From Trypanosoma brucei (lineage: Eukaryota), in assembly GCA_000002445.1 (NCBI GenBank), contig CM000208.1, positions 1,248,001-1,312,000 of the forward strand: a DNA stretch of 64,000 bases, read 5' to 3'. The translations under genes were made by a program, and so were the position numbers. Numbering within the stretch: the stretch's first letter is position 1; every line of letters starts with the position of its first letter. Below, one piece after another: positions 1-12,503 of this stretch. The notes below the pieces were generated by a model. It searched no databases. It had not been told where the DNA came from and saw only the letters and a list, made by a program, of their open reading frames with translations.

Positions 1-275
1 TTGTGCAGGTTATCGGGGTTTGTGGGTGTTAAACAGTTGGTGTTAGGATGAGGTGAGTTATGGGAACGGGCTTGCTCACTTGGTGTTGGTGGCCATTTGC
101 ACCCCCCTTTTTTAAAGAAAAGGAATGCGGTGGCGGGTCGCCGTTGTTTGTTGTTTTCGTGAATCAATTGATTAAAATTCCTTTTCCCCCTTGTGGTTTC
201 AACAACTAATTTCAGAAGTAGTGTTCCAAAGAGGAAGTTGCGTCACAGTCTTCATTAACGCCAAAACCGAAGAAA

Positions 276-503
276 ATGATCCGCCGTAGTTGTGCCCTGT
301 TAAGCTCGTCATGGAGGGATCATGGCATCAGTTATCTCAAGTATCTGAACGTTTGCACCGAGACACTCCACAGCACCGTAAAGGAGTCACGACGTGCCAA
401 ATATGAGCGTTGGTCAAAACCATGCTATACGGCGCAGCGACCCGATGGAGCTGGTGGACAGGAAACCATCGACAAGGTTCCCATCCACACCAAGGATTAC
501 TGA
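276..503 (+). CDS. Small hypothetical ORF (75 aa). It may be a short real protein or just 3' UTR sequence of a gene that lies off the window.
   Basis: ATG at 276. Pyrimidine stretches at about 100-130 and 180-200 precede it. The composition is not the low-complexity kind seen in spurious intergenic ORFs. No recognisable motif. Confidence 0.2.
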   Translation: MIRRSCALLSSSWRDHGISYLKYLNVCTETLHSTVKESRRAKYERWSKPCYTAQRPDGAGGQETIDKVPIHTKDY

Positions 504-976
504 GAACTCTTTGATCTCAGGAACGTAGCGGAGAACATCTGTTCATCATGTGTAGGGACGAAGGAACTAGCGAACTGAAAATTAAAGCTGTTAGGGGGTG
601 TTGAACAGTGCGGAACCTGGTTGAGCCAAATTACAGGGGAGTAGTCCCCGCAAAGCGGGTCGTGGTTCGGTGCGTTGAGCTGCTGATCGGCGTGCAGAGG
701 TGTTTGTGGCATGTGGACAGTTATGGCGTTTTCGTTTTTGCACGCTTGCAATTTATTTCAACGTCGCCTGTGTTCTATCGTGGTAGATTTCTTTGTTTTT
801 TTTCGAGGGTGATGTGGCGGAAACGTGTATGTGGGGTTTTCTGTCGTCTTTCCCGTCATCTTTTCTATTTTATTCAAATATTTTGAACTGTTTTTTTTTT
901 TAGAAATTAGGCGCGACGTGCTTACCGGACGCTAGTTCGGCTTGCTGAGAGTGCAAGGGTAGGCACATCTAGCCCT

Positions 977-1543
977 ATGCCGTGGTATTTAAGCACTTTC
1001 AGGGTTTCGTTCTGCGCCATTTACTCGTACTTTGCGTACGCCCAGATGCGATGGATCGTAGATGCTGAGGAGCGCTACCGCCGCTCTTTAACGTGGAAAC
1101 CTGCAGTTGGGACAATATATGATCACAAGATAGTTATGAAACGTGGAGGTTCGAGTCATGTGCAGTATCGATTTGATGTCGACGGCAAGGAGTACCTCGG
1201 GGACCGCTTTCGCAGCGGTGGTGTTCACAAAGAGGAGATGGTTTCAAACCCAGCGCTACTCGGTGCCGGTACGCAACTGGTCGTGTACTATAACCCTTCG
1301 GATCCTAGTGAGAGCGCTATCAAACTTCAAACAGACCGTGCTGCAGAGTCTGCATTTTTAGTGGGCATAACTATTTCACTGCTCGTGGCGTATCGGTCGG
1401 TACGTTGTGAGACAATACTGCCCAATATGTTCTACAGCTTCTTGGCTGTGAACAGACGACTTGGAGGCATCACCGGCCTGCGTGAGGCCAGAACCCACTC
1501 CAAGCAAAAAATGAAATATGGAAAAGGAACAGGGGCCATTTGA
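977..1543 (+). CDS. Hypothetical membrane-associated protein (188 aa). A hydrophobic N-terminus and a second hydrophobic segment flank a beta-rich core (RFDVDGKEY...VVYYNPSDPSES) that resembles DUF3592-type folds.
   Basis: ATG start. Amino-acid composition is non-repetitive. Two predicted hydrophobic helices (FRVSFCAIYSYFAYA; FLVGITISLLVAY). It is on the same strand as its neighbours in the polycistron. Confidence 0.45.
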   Translation: MPWYLSTFRVSFCAIYSYFAYAQMRWIVDAEERYRRSLTWKPAVGTIYDHKIVMKRGGSSHVQYRFDVDGKEYLGDRFRSGGVHKEEMVSNPALLGAGTQLVVYYNPSDPSESAIKLQTDRAAESAFLVGITISLLVAYRSVRCETILPNMFYSFLAVNRRLGGITGLREARTHSKQKMKYGKGTGAI

Positions 1544-1925
1544 CAGGAGGTAATTTGATATCAGGTTTCTCAGGGGGGAAACGTCTTTGCAATACAGTTG
1601 TGCCAGGATGCACTTGAGTGGACATAGTTAGCTTGGTTCATACTACCCCGTGGCACCAACTTGCTCATCTGTTTAGGTTCGCTTGTCAAAAAGAAGTGTC
1701 CAAGGGGTTGCTTGTTCTCTCACTTTCCCCCCATCCGTTGATGTTACATGCATGTAGGCTTGTGTCCATTTCCCCCCGTTTGATTCTTTTGTTGCAGCGG
1801 TGACACTAGAGGCGAGACAACAGTAGTGACAAGTGTCAAATACGTGGGTAAAAGTTGGCTAAATCTTCTAGATTGCCTGGCTAGTTTGATTTTCTTTAAG
1901 TGTAGAAGTATTCAGTAAATTTAGA

Positions 1926-1946
1926 CCCTGGCCCTAACCCTAATCC
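1926..1946. repeat. Short interstitial telomere-like hexamer run (CCCTGG CCCTAA CCCTAA TCC).
   Basis: Seen directly. About 3 imperfect CCCTAA units, 57 nt upstream of the RNase H2A ATG. Confidence 0.6.
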
Positions 1947-1954
1947 ACTTCTGC

Positions 1955-2983
1955 GTGTGTGTTTGTGTGAGCGACATTCAGTGGGTACGCAGCAACGGCA
2001 ACATGGCGGAACCTCGGTCTTCCAGTAGTAAGATGCCGAGCGGTGCCAAGAGCAATCGTGCTGGCATCGAGTTCGATGTTTCCGAATTTATGCAGTCAAT
2101 GGAGTGCTCAGAGAATCATTTGGTGATGGGTATTGATGAAGCAGGGAGGGGGCCTGTCGTCGGGCCGATGGTCTATACCGGCGCGATGATTGCCCTGCAT
2201 GAGCACGATAGGTTGGTTGACTACTGCGGCGCGAATGACAGCAAAGTCTTGAATGAGGACCAGAGGAAAAGCGTTGTTAGCAAGCTCCACGAACTCGCCA
2301 CGTTCCGTACATTTACGGTAGTAGTCACGCCAGACGAAATAGCCGCAGCTATGACAGGTGCACACGGTACCAACTTGAACACGCTTAGCCATCAAACAGC
2401 TATTTCCATAATATCCAAGTTGACACTCGAGGGAATGGGGATGCTGACTGCGGCCTATGTTGACACGGTGGGGCCGCCTGAGTCCTATCAGCAGAAACTT
2501 TCGGGTCGCTTCCCGCACCTTCGCGTGACAGTGGCGAAGAAGGCGGAGATAAAGTTCCCCATCGTAGCAGCTGCTTCGGTTGTGGCGAAGGTGGAGCGTG
2601 ACAGTCACATTGAACGTCTCGGCATTGATGTTGGCAGCGGGTATCCCAGTGACCCAAAAGTAATGATGTGGGTGCGCTCACATGTTCACCGCTTTTTTGT
2701 TATGCCGCGCGAATGCAACTTTGTGCGCCTTTCATGGGCCCCCGTCACACAACTTGCTAACGATCCCGAAACCTGCATCCCTATCGTCTTCGAGGAGGAC
2801 ACCACACCCAAAAAAGAGCGGAAGCAATCCAAATGTTCTGGTGATGGTAAGAAACAGAAACTGCTCAGCTTTGTCAAGCCAGCCCCCCGTCGCCATTTTG
2901 TATACACACATCTGTTGAAGCTGAGGACCATTGCGGGCATCCGAGACACCCATCATACAGCTTTGTCGCGGGAAGTCCCTTAG
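1955..2983 (+). CDS. RNASEH2A: Ribonuclease H2 catalytic subunit A (RNase HII family).
   Basis: Hallmark RNase HII motif GIDEAGRGPVVGPMVY, plus DSKVL and the downstream conserved VDTVGPPESYQ / ASVVAK segments. The track start at 1955 is a GTG; the first ATG is at 2003 (MAEPRSS...) and is the likely real start. A polypyrimidine tract with AG lies upstream at about 1726-1797. Confidence 0.85.
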   Translation: MCVCVSDIQWVRSNGNMAEPRSSSSKMPSGAKSNRAGIEFDVSEFMQSMECSENHLVMGIDEAGRGPVVGPMVYTGAMIALHEHDRLVDYCGANDSKVLNEDQRKSVVSKLHELATFRTFTVVVTPDEIAAAMTGAHGTNLNTLSHQTAISIISKLTLEGMGMLTAAYVDTVGPPESYQQKLSGRFPHLRVTVAKKAEIKFPIVAAASVVAKVERDSHIERLGIDVGSGYPSDPKVMMWVRSHVHRFFVMPRECNFVRLSWAPVTQLANDPETCIPIVFEEDTTPKKERKQSKCSGDGKKQKLLSFVKPAPRRHFVYTHLLKLRTIAGIRDTHHTALSREVP

Positions 2984-3655
2984 ACACCCCTGACGCATCC
3001 ATCATTTCTTGGAAAGAAAGTAAAAGAAAACGAGAAGAAAACAACGTGCAGTGTATAAAGTTCTTGAAAACAGCAGCTTCTGCTGTCTTCACAGGACGGA
3101 AACACAACTGTCAAACACCTATGCAGGATGTCCCTCTGGTGTGTTTCATAGAAACAATTTTGCGGCAGGAAATGTTCGATGAGGTGGAGGGACGAATATT
3201 TGTCCTTTTTGGTAATAACAAGAGTTCTACACGCACAGGCATACGTAATACATCGGTGTGAAAAACAATCATTTGTTCAGTTGGACGCTGTTTTGCGTAC
3301 TAACTGGGTTGTTTTATCGTGTTTTTCTCCTATCCCAACATTTTGGTGCGGAGACCGTCTTCACGTTTGATCAGACTCAATCCTTCACGTTTTCTTTTCA
3401 CTGCGTGCATTTATGCATCATTTCAGTCCATACTGTCTCATTAACATGATACTGGCTCACCTAGGAGGACGATCCCTGTGGTACAGTGAAAAGGATTATC
3501 TCCTCTCGCTTTTTAAAATTTTTTAGAACTGTCAAGGAAAGGTATTGAAAAGCCGTTGAAAAGCGTGCTTGACAGCCGAGGGGAGGCAAGAAAGAGCGGA
3601 ACGAAAGAACGAAACTTCAGCTTTGAGCGCGTCGTTACGTTAAGAAGTTAGGGAA

Positions 3656-4888
3656 ATGTTGGGCAACAAAGTCGTGTCTTCGCCACTGGTAGCCGCTCTT
3701 GTGGCGTTAGCTGTACGCTTGCTTGCTCACAATTTTTCCCATCATATTCATCTCCCATATCACTTTGGCATTACAACATCCAAAACTGGTTCGGAGATTT
3801 GGAAGGAGGCCGTATTTTGGAAGCAGCAGTTTGGGGTTGTTCCTGCCTTTCTAACAACAGTGGGGCCATGGTTCATGGAGTATATTCCTCCTGCATCGTC
3901 TGATGCTTATGTAATATTTTTGTGCTTATGTGATGCACTGACGGTTTATATTGTTTCCCGCTGGCCTTCCGCTAAGCCGCAGCTGACTTATGCTTTGTTT
4001 GTCCTGAACCCCATCATGGCTTTGTTGCCCATGTTGGAGTCACTCGCTCCCCTAGAGCACGTACTTCTTGCGGTCATCTTGGAGTGCTGCAGAAAGCGGC
4101 GGATTCACCCCTGGCTTATTTTCGCTGCGCGCCTTCTTGCACCGTTGTTGGGGTTCCATTTCATTGCCATAATTGTTGCATTATGGTATCCCGTCGGAAC
4201 GCCGTGCCCCAAGATTGCACTTGTAGGTGTTGCACTCTGTACTGCTTGTATAGGAGGGTGCGGAATGCTATATCTCCGCTGGTGGGGTGAACATGTGGAG
4301 CGGACGTCCCTTTACTCTCCGCCTGATAATGGCGTGATGTGGTACGTACGGCTTCTCATTATGGCCGCGTTCCACCGCAGTATGGAGGTTGGTCAAATTG
4401 AGCTGCCAGCAGTCTTAACACTCATCTTTTCTACTGGAGTGCCCTGTGAGAAAGAGGCAGCAGCAGAAACCATGAAAGATGGGGGTGCAATCCCCGGTGA
4501 CAGGCGGCTGTTGGTTACACTTCTAGCGATTTGTTTTAGCAAGCTGTTCTGCGAGCATGTGATTCTTGCAGACTACATGATCACTGTGTTTTTCTTGTAT
4601 TCGTTGCTTGAGGTGAAAGGGAGAGGTGGGTTTAAGTCTATGCTTGACCGCGTACGGGGGCTCAACATTTTCCTCCCCATCTGCACGCTTCTGCTCGGTG
4701 TACCATTGCAGTATGCATTCTACACTGGTTGGGTAATGTGGGACATGGCAAACCCCAATTGGGTTTTCTTCCCTCAGGTGGCCTTCGTCACAGGTGGTGG
4801 TCTCTTCCTCCTCGCCTTTGTCAATTCTCTTGTAGATGCCATGAAGGAGGAATGCGTGGCTGGCATTACCAAAGAAAAGCAGGCTTGA
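3656..4888 (+). CDS. Polytopic membrane protein (410 aa, about 9-11 predicted TM helices). It shows weak resemblance to PIG-U / GPI-transamidase-subunit-like proteins (CDALTVYIV and LNPIMALLP segments), possibly the trypanosomatid TTA2-type subunit.
   Basis: Long ATG-initiated ORF with many hydrophobic helices. The motif resemblance to PIG-U/CDC91 (TDALTAIALY, LNPYTIL) was judged by eye only. Confidence 0.6.
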   Translation: MLGNKVVSSPLVAALVALAVRLLAHNFSHHIHLPYHFGITTSKTGSEIWKEAVFWKQQFGVVPAFLTTVGPWFMEYIPPASSDAYVIFLCLCDALTVYIVSRWPSAKPQLTYALFVLNPIMALLPMLESLAPLEHVLLAVILECCRKRRIHPWLIFAARLLAPLLGFHFIAIIVALWYPVGTPCPKIALVGVALCTACIGGCGMLYLRWWGEHVERTSLYSPPDNGVMWYVRLLIMAAFHRSMEVGQIELPAVLTLIFSTGVPCEKEAAAETMKDGGAIPGDRRLLVTLLAICFSKLFCEHVILADYMITVFFLYSLLEVKGRGGFKSMLDRVRGLNIFLPICTLLLGVPLQYAFYTGWVMWDMANPNWVFFPQVAFVTGGGLFLLAFVNSLVDAMKEECVAGITKEKQA

Positions 4889-5544
4889 TGACCTTTCCTC
4901 TCTTTTTTTTTTACTTCAAGTTCCTTGCCACTTTTTCATTTGTTGGTCACCGGACCTCTTCGGTTCGTTTTTAATACCTTTTTGTTTTAACTTTGGAGGC
5001 GAGTGTGGGCGGCTGCCGTGTATATGCGCCCTGTGGCTTCTCTGTGTTTGTCAGTGGTGGTTCTCAGTAAAGAGGAGGTGACCTGTTGAAGTGGAAGCGG
5101 TATTCCTAATAGACTTCAACCGCCATTAACACTGATATTCCCGGTTCGATATGCACTCAGACAATATTCTCACTGCTAAATACGCACAAGATTGTGGGGG
5201 AAAGAAGGTGGACACGTGTGCGTGTGTATGAGTATGGGGGAGTGTCGCCGCATGCCAAGGGGTGGTGCCATGTGTGGCGAAAACGAAAGAAATAAGTGGA
5301 ATAATAATGGTGAGAGGTAATTGAAAAATCGACAACGTGTACAAGCGGACTTCGTACCTGCACTTGCGGAGTGTTGGGAGAGGGAGTGTGTACATCTCTG
5401 CGTGTCACTGCCTCTTTGTTTTTTCATGTGTGTGCTCTCCTTCCCTTCCCGTGATTACGGAATTAAACAAAAAAAACAAACAATGATAGTCAAGCTATTC
5501 AGAACAGGTAAATCGAAAGAACAACTAATCCTTCGTATTGCTAA

Positions 5545-6102
5545 ATGGGTCGCAGGCATGGAGTTATTCGTGGCTTCATATTCGTCCTCTTTCTGCTGCT
5601 ATGTGCCACAGCCGCCGCGAACGTAAGCAGAGAGGAACAAAGTCACGCACGGGAAGGGGGAGGGGCGCAGGCAACTGCTGAGCCTTCCTTTTCCCTCCTT
5701 TCCGTTTGTAAGCAAGAGGCACATAAGCTATGTCCGCGTCAGGAGCATGCGCCTCTCAAGTGCCTTCTTCACCACTTCGCAAGCTCGAGGTCGGGTCCAG
5801 GCATAAACGAAGCAAGAAACCTCGCATCGGCGAATCCTCTCCGGCGCTCGTATCGCAACACCGCATTCTTCAATAGGGAATGCGCCGCTTGGCTGCGGGC
5901 GCGCGAGGAGTGTGTTTCTTTCGTCAGACGCGCCGGATATTGCCGTGATGACGAGACGGCACGCGAATGCCTCCGACGTATCCCCCAGCATGTGCTTCGT
6001 CCCAGCTGCCGTAACAGCGCGTATTACAACAGCGTTTTACTCTATGGAAAGATGAAGCAACAACAACAACAAGAGAGCGTATCACAAGACTCATCCGCCT
6101 AA
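5545..6102 (+). CDS. Hypothetical secreted or Cys-rich protein (185 aa). It has an N-terminal signal-peptide-like hydrophobic stretch, 10 cysteines and a C-terminal poly-Q.
   Basis: ATG start preceded by a pyrimidine tract (5400-5460). The N-terminus MGRRHGVIRGFIFVLFLLLCATAAANVS looks like a signal peptide. The ORF is GC-rich and non-repetitive. No known domain recognised. Confidence 0.35.
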   Translation: MGRRHGVIRGFIFVLFLLLCATAAANVSREEQSHAREGGGAQATAEPSFSLLSVCKQEAHKLCPRQEHAPLKCLLHHFASSRSGPGINEARNLASANPLRRSYRNTAFFNRECAAWLRAREECVSFVRRAGYCRDDETARECLRRIPQHVLRPSCRNSAYYNSVLLYGKMKQQQQQESVSQDSSA

Positions 6103-6309
6103 CACCACATGAGGGAGGAACGCGGTCACGCAGAAGGTTACAATTCTTTTTTTTGTTTTATCATTTTTTTTTCTTTTTTTAAAATCCGTTTTTGTTGTTT
6201 ATGTTAAGTGTACAGTAACGGTCTCCTAACATCGAGTGTGGAGTGCCGTCTTCCCCCTTCTTTGTCTTTTTTTCTTTTATTTTATTGAGCTTTTGGCGTG
6301 TCGGGGGCG

Positions 6310-6336
6310 GTGTGTGTGTGTGTGTGTGTGTGTGTT
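6310..6336. repeat. (TG)n microsatellite.
   Basis: gtgtgtgtgtgtgtgtgtgtgtgt seen directly. Confidence 0.9.
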
Positions 6337-8689
6337 TCCCCGCCCATGAGTGTGTGCAGGTTGGGTAGAAGATAGTGGAAAAGGGAAGGTGCATGTTTAT
6401 GTGCGTAGAGAGAAGGGAATAGAAAGAAAGAAAGAAAAAAGGAAAACGGCAAGAGAGGGAGGGATGAGGTAAATGGAAGTAAGGGGAGGGGGAGGAGGCA
6501 GAGCGTTGCAACCATATTTGCGGCAATTAGAACTTCATTGTATAAAACTGTTTAACGGCAACAACAACAACAACAACAATAGCAGCGAAAGTAAAACAAT
6601 AAAAAAAGAAAAGAAGAAAAAACAACAAAGAAACAAAAGAACAAGAAAACTTTCAACTTTGTTTTTTTTTTCCCCCCCCGTTGCTGTTCTTACTTCCCTT
6701 TCTGCTTTTCTCCATCTTTTTCCGTACTGTCTTCGCATGTGGCAGATGTGTGTGGGTACTGGGTGCTCGGCAACTTAGATGTGGAAAAAAAAAGAGGCTA
6801 AATAATCAATGAAAAGAATATTAAAAAAGAAAAATAATTGGGATTGAGCAAACAAGAAAAAAAAACACACATATACAAAAAATAATAAAGAAGAAAAGGG
6901 GTAAAGGTGAATTTTATATTTTGGTATGCGAACGTTCTTCTAAACATCACATAAGGCAACAGCGAGCAGTTAGGGGAAAAGGTAAGAACAGTAACCTTTT
7001 TTCTATTATTTTTAAAAATTTTCTTTCTTTTTTCGTTTACGCTTTGCTTCCCGTAATTGGTTTTTCTCTAATTTTGTTTTGGAGATTGGTTATGCGTGTT
7101 TGCAGTGGCAGCTGGTCGGGAGATTAATGCGCATGTATGTGTTGCGGGCATGCACTGGAACGTATGTGACTACAGGAGTTTTGCAGCACGTTTAAACTTT
7201 TGTCAGCTGCCCTTTCGTTGAGGCATGTGTTCTTTTTTGTTTTTTTTGTCTTTTTTTTAAATTTCCCTTCCCCCATTTGTGTCGGCAGTTTTAATGATAC
7301 GGTTTGCGGGGAAGGATAGAGATATGGGCGAAATCCTTTAGCTTTACCTCCTTCTTCTCACTTTTTCCCTTTTCCACTTTTCTCCCCTCACTGTTAAACC
7401 AAAATGCGGTATAGGCGCTGACGATTATGAATCTCCTTCCGCAGCCGACATCGTTCTTGATGCAAGAGAGGTATGTAAACATTTTTTAAAATTATTTTGC
7501 GAGAACAAGTGCGGGTTTCTTTCTTTTTTTTTTTTTGATATTTACCCCTGGAGAGTGGGAGGGTAGAGAAGGGAAGAAGAAAGGGATTTCGTGTTAAAGC
7601 AACGTGAGTTGTTTTGTTTTGTTTTTTTTTTACTTTTTCTCGTTATGCACCAATTATCCGTGTTTAGAGGAAATGTGTATTATACTACGGTACTGTTGTA
7701 GAGGTTGAGTAGTAGTGGCTCACCTATTTTCCATTTTTTTTTCTTTCCGTTTTAAAAAAATAAAATTTACATGTTTTATTGGTTGGTGTATTGTACTCCT
7801 TGTTTTTGAGGGAGAGATGTTACATAAGCCCAGTAAGTGGCCAAAGGTGTTTGAAAATGTGATTGTGAGGACCGTTCAATTATAGGCAGCTAGAGGTGTC
7901 ACTTGCCTTTTTTTTTCTTTTAAATTTAAGTGGTGCGCACGATTTTTTTCCTTTCTTGTTCATTTTTATTTTCTTTCTTTTTTGTTTTACTATTATTATT
8001 ATTGTTGTTGTTGCTGAAACCGGTTACCACTTCCGCTGTTGCCACTCCCTCTACCCTTTCGGTGTTTTTTTCATTTTCTGATCCTTCCCTTTATATATTA
8101 ATATAGTCTGTCACTGTTATTGTGTTGTTTTTCCTTTTGGCCTTTTCCGCTTTCACTTCCCGGCCGTTCCTTTTACTACTTTTGCTTCTATCGTATCATT
8201 CTTTTAAAACTATGTTTGTATTTGTGGTGTGTCCACGAATACGAGTAATAGGGCAGAGGACTGATTCCATGTACCTACCACTTTTGAATGCCGCCTTCTC
8301 TTTCTCTTTCTCTCTCTCTCTCTTTCTCTTTGTTTTCCTTTTTTTTTACTTTCATCATTTCGATATATCTTCCGTCGTGTTTGTTTTTTTTCGTTTATCT
8401 CATTCCTTATTTTCCCCATTTACTCACCTTTGTTGCTCCCTTAAATTTTTTTCTTTTCTTTTCGATCCCCGTCGGTACATATTTTCTTTTTCATATATGT
8501 TTTGCTTGACTGTTACGTATTCAGAAAGCATGTTACACGTTTCTTTGCTCCAGCCATCACGCGATGCGGAAGGGGGAAAGTCCATATCTAAGAGCTGCCT
8601 TCTCTTCTCTTCTCTTTTATTTTTTTTTAAATAATATATTTTGACTTTACCACTGCTCCATTTCCTCATTACTGCTATAACTCTGATGA

Positions 8690-9439
<750 letters not shown>

Positions 9440-9839
9440 TGAATTTGAATATGTCTCGTGGCTTTTTTTGTCGCATAAAAATGATCCATGATCTCTTCTT
9501 TCCTTTGTTTCGTTCTTTTTGTTTGTTGTGAGTTTCGGGCGGTCTCCTTCATTAATTAGGGCTAAACGTCTGGTGGTTCCTTTTCTATCTTTTTTTTTTA
9601 AAATTCGCATTTACTCCCGTATACCCTTTCAATCGTTTACTCACACCATGTTTTAACCACTACTTTGCCTCTTTCCTCCTTGTGTAAGTAGTACTAACTT
9701 TGTGTTTGCCGATCCCTAGAGTGATTGCACCTTGAGAACTGGTGGCAGCAGAGTTGTGGATTACAACTGGTCTAGTGAAGTGAAAGTCTACCATATTGAG
9801 TGAGGGAAGCTTTTACTAAAAAAAAAAAAGGCCACGTGA

Positions 9840-10424
<585 letters not shown>

Positions 10425-10888
10425 TGCCCTTGTGTTTCCGCAGTGTGAAGGAACTGTGATGGTTTTCTTCCTCACAGATGTGGAGGTTTCGTGAAGTGAA
10501 TGGATTGGTGGGGAAATCGCTTTCCTCTGCTTTGTTTCGCGCTTCGGCGATCTTCGGTGTGTTTGGAATGCCGGCGTTGTCAACTAAATTAATGGTGTGT
10601 GACTTTGTGGTGCTTCGGTTGGTGAGTTTAATCGCAGGTCTCTGTGTTTCTATTTGCTCGTTTTTTTTTTCTGCCAGTCCAGAGTTTGAACTGTAACGAA
10701 CGTCGTGGGCAGTTGTCGTGACATTTCCCCCTTTTCACCTTTTTCCCCCTTTTCTTTTTTTTTTAAATGATATAATCTCTCTTTCTCTCTTTGTTGTTTC
10801 GACTTCCTTGTTTTCTCCCTCAGACGGGAGTGAGAAAGACCAAGGGTCGAGAGCATAAATACTTTCTTTCAGGATCTTAGGGGGTAAA

Positions 10889-11716
10889 ATGATCCTTAAG
10901 GAAGAGACCGTACTGCGCAAGACGAACGCAGAAAACTTAGCTGCGGTGCGTAACCTCAACTTATGGGGTGAAGGTCTTACGGACGTGTCTATAGTTTCTC
11001 GGTTACCGAGAATAGAGGTACTCGCTCTCGCCGCGAACAAACTCACCACGTTGAGCCCATTCGCTGCCTGCACGCAGCTGGAAGAACTATATCTGAGGCG
11101 GAACAACGTTGCATCGATGTTGGAGATTAAATATCTTCGTCATTTACCCAAGCTACATACACTATGGCTCATGGATAATCCATGCGCTCGGCACCCGCAT
11201 TACCGTCAAATTGTTATACTGTGCTGTCGCCACCTCCGTCACCTAGATGAGACAGAGGTATCAGAAAAAGAGCGTGCGGAGGCCGAAAAGTTACTTCCCG
11301 AGGGCATGCTGCAGGAAATGCTGGAGAGCGAGTCCGCTGAAGCTGCTGTTGGTACGGCTAACAAGGCTCAACTCCAGAACCGGACTCCGGTGAGTGAGCG
11401 GAAACAACCAATGGGAGAGGTGGTTCAGGGAGGCGCAATTCACGAGACTGGTGCTGGGAGGGAAAGAGGGCATCGAGTAACATCGAGTGACACAAGTGGA
11501 CGAGGTCCGAGTAGCGCCCCTGAACGCCGCCAGGGTTCTGCGGACGATGGACTGGCGCAAACTGCAGTGCAGGTCCAGCGGGCCATGTTCAGTTCGATCA
11601 TGGCGCTTGTTCCGGAGCTTGCAGTGCAAACAATTGAGGCCTTACAGAAGGAACTGGCGGAGGAACTGTGCAGGCGGGGGAAACGACTTCCCCCTGTAGT
11701 GCGGGACCGAACATGA
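10889..11716 (+). CDS. Leucine-rich repeat protein. It has SDS22-like LRRs plus an LRRcap, then an acidic/Ser-rich C-terminal tail.
   Basis: Repeats NLNLWGEGLTDVSIVSRLPRIEVLALAANKLTTLSPFAACTQLEELYLRRNNVASMLEIKYLRHLPKLHTLWLMDNP, followed by the cap YRQIVILCCRHLRHLDETEVSEKER. ATG start. Confidence 0.7.
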   Translation: MILKEETVLRKTNAENLAAVRNLNLWGEGLTDVSIVSRLPRIEVLALAANKLTTLSPFAACTQLEELYLRRNNVASMLEIKYLRHLPKLHTLWLMDNPCARHPHYRQIVILCCRHLRHLDETEVSEKERAEAEKLLPEGMLQEMLESESAEAAVGTANKAQLQNRTPVSERKQPMGEVVQGGAIHETGAGRERGHRVTSSDTSGRGPSSAPERRQGSADDGLAQTAVQVQRAMFSSIMALVPELAVQTIEALQKELAEELCRRGKRLPPVVRDRT

Positions 11717-12264
11717 GATACGCTACGCCACATATGGTTTGTTCTCGTAGCGCTCGCCCCCTTCTTGTCTTTGTTGCTGTAAACGTTTGTGACCATGCGG
11801 TGTTTGGGGCGTGCGGTGCAAAGTGGGTTGAGCGTGCACTGGTCAGTGACTACGGATATTCCACATTTGGTCTTTACTGTTCCCAGTGATTGACGTGGAG
11901 GAAAAAGCGTGAGGTCGCTCCTTCCATGTGCTCCCTCTTTTTCTTTGCCCATGTGCATCGAGTTATTTGCCCTCCTGTACTTCTCTCCTTCACGCGCGCA
12001 ACCAAGCGATTACTTTCACAACAACTGAATTGTGTCGTGCTCAGCTTCCATCGTGATGGAAGAGAAGATTGGTGCTTCATACGTATCACATTTATTTTCT
12101 GTTCCAAATTCTTATATGCATATTTTTTGACACCTTGAAGAACCATAGTGCTCCACTGAGCGTAGGAAATATTACATAGAACCAATCCGCTTTAAGTTTT
12201 GTCCAAGGAAGGAGAAACGCGGCAACGATTACGACTCCCTCAACATAGGAGAGGAATTGGACAC

Positions 12265-12316
12265 GTTTTTTCTTTTCATTTTTTTTTTTTTGGTGGGGAC
12301 TTATTTCTAACCTCAG
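12265..12316 (+). promoter_or_regulatory. Polypyrimidine tract plus AG: candidate trans-splice acceptor for the ERK8 gene.
   Basis: ttttttcttttcatttttttttttt followed by cctcag (AG at 12315-12316), about 190 nt upstream of ATG 12504. Confidence 0.5.
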
Positions 12317-12503
12317 AAATAAAATATCAGTTTGTACACGGACGCGGGACACCTCTGAACGTTAGTGCACGTAAAAGACAAATAGGAGGAACTCTGTCGT
12401 TAAGCGGCAACAACAGGAGAGAGAGAGAAAAGAGGTGATTGAAGAGGGCGAAAACAAAAGCAAATAATAAAAGGATACATATATATAAAAAGAGACCGGC
12501 GCC

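Noticed and set aside
1143-1361. 72-aa + strand ORF overlapping the 977-1543 gene in another frame. Similar overlaps: 4084-4290, 11487-11699, 35212-35535, 39297-39833.
   Set aside because: These are alternative-frame overlaps inside longer, better-supported ORFs on the same strand.
8122-8634. 170-aa + strand ORF rich in L/F/S. Similar low-complexity ORFs throughout 6100-8700, 14000-17300, 18900-26300, 53500-56500 and 58600-64000, for example 15109-15552(-), 19514-19906(-), 60895-61392(+).
   Set aside because: These are translations of polypyrimidine or polypurine tracts and microsatellites (poly-F/L/S or poly-K/E/R). They have no complex sequence and no start context.
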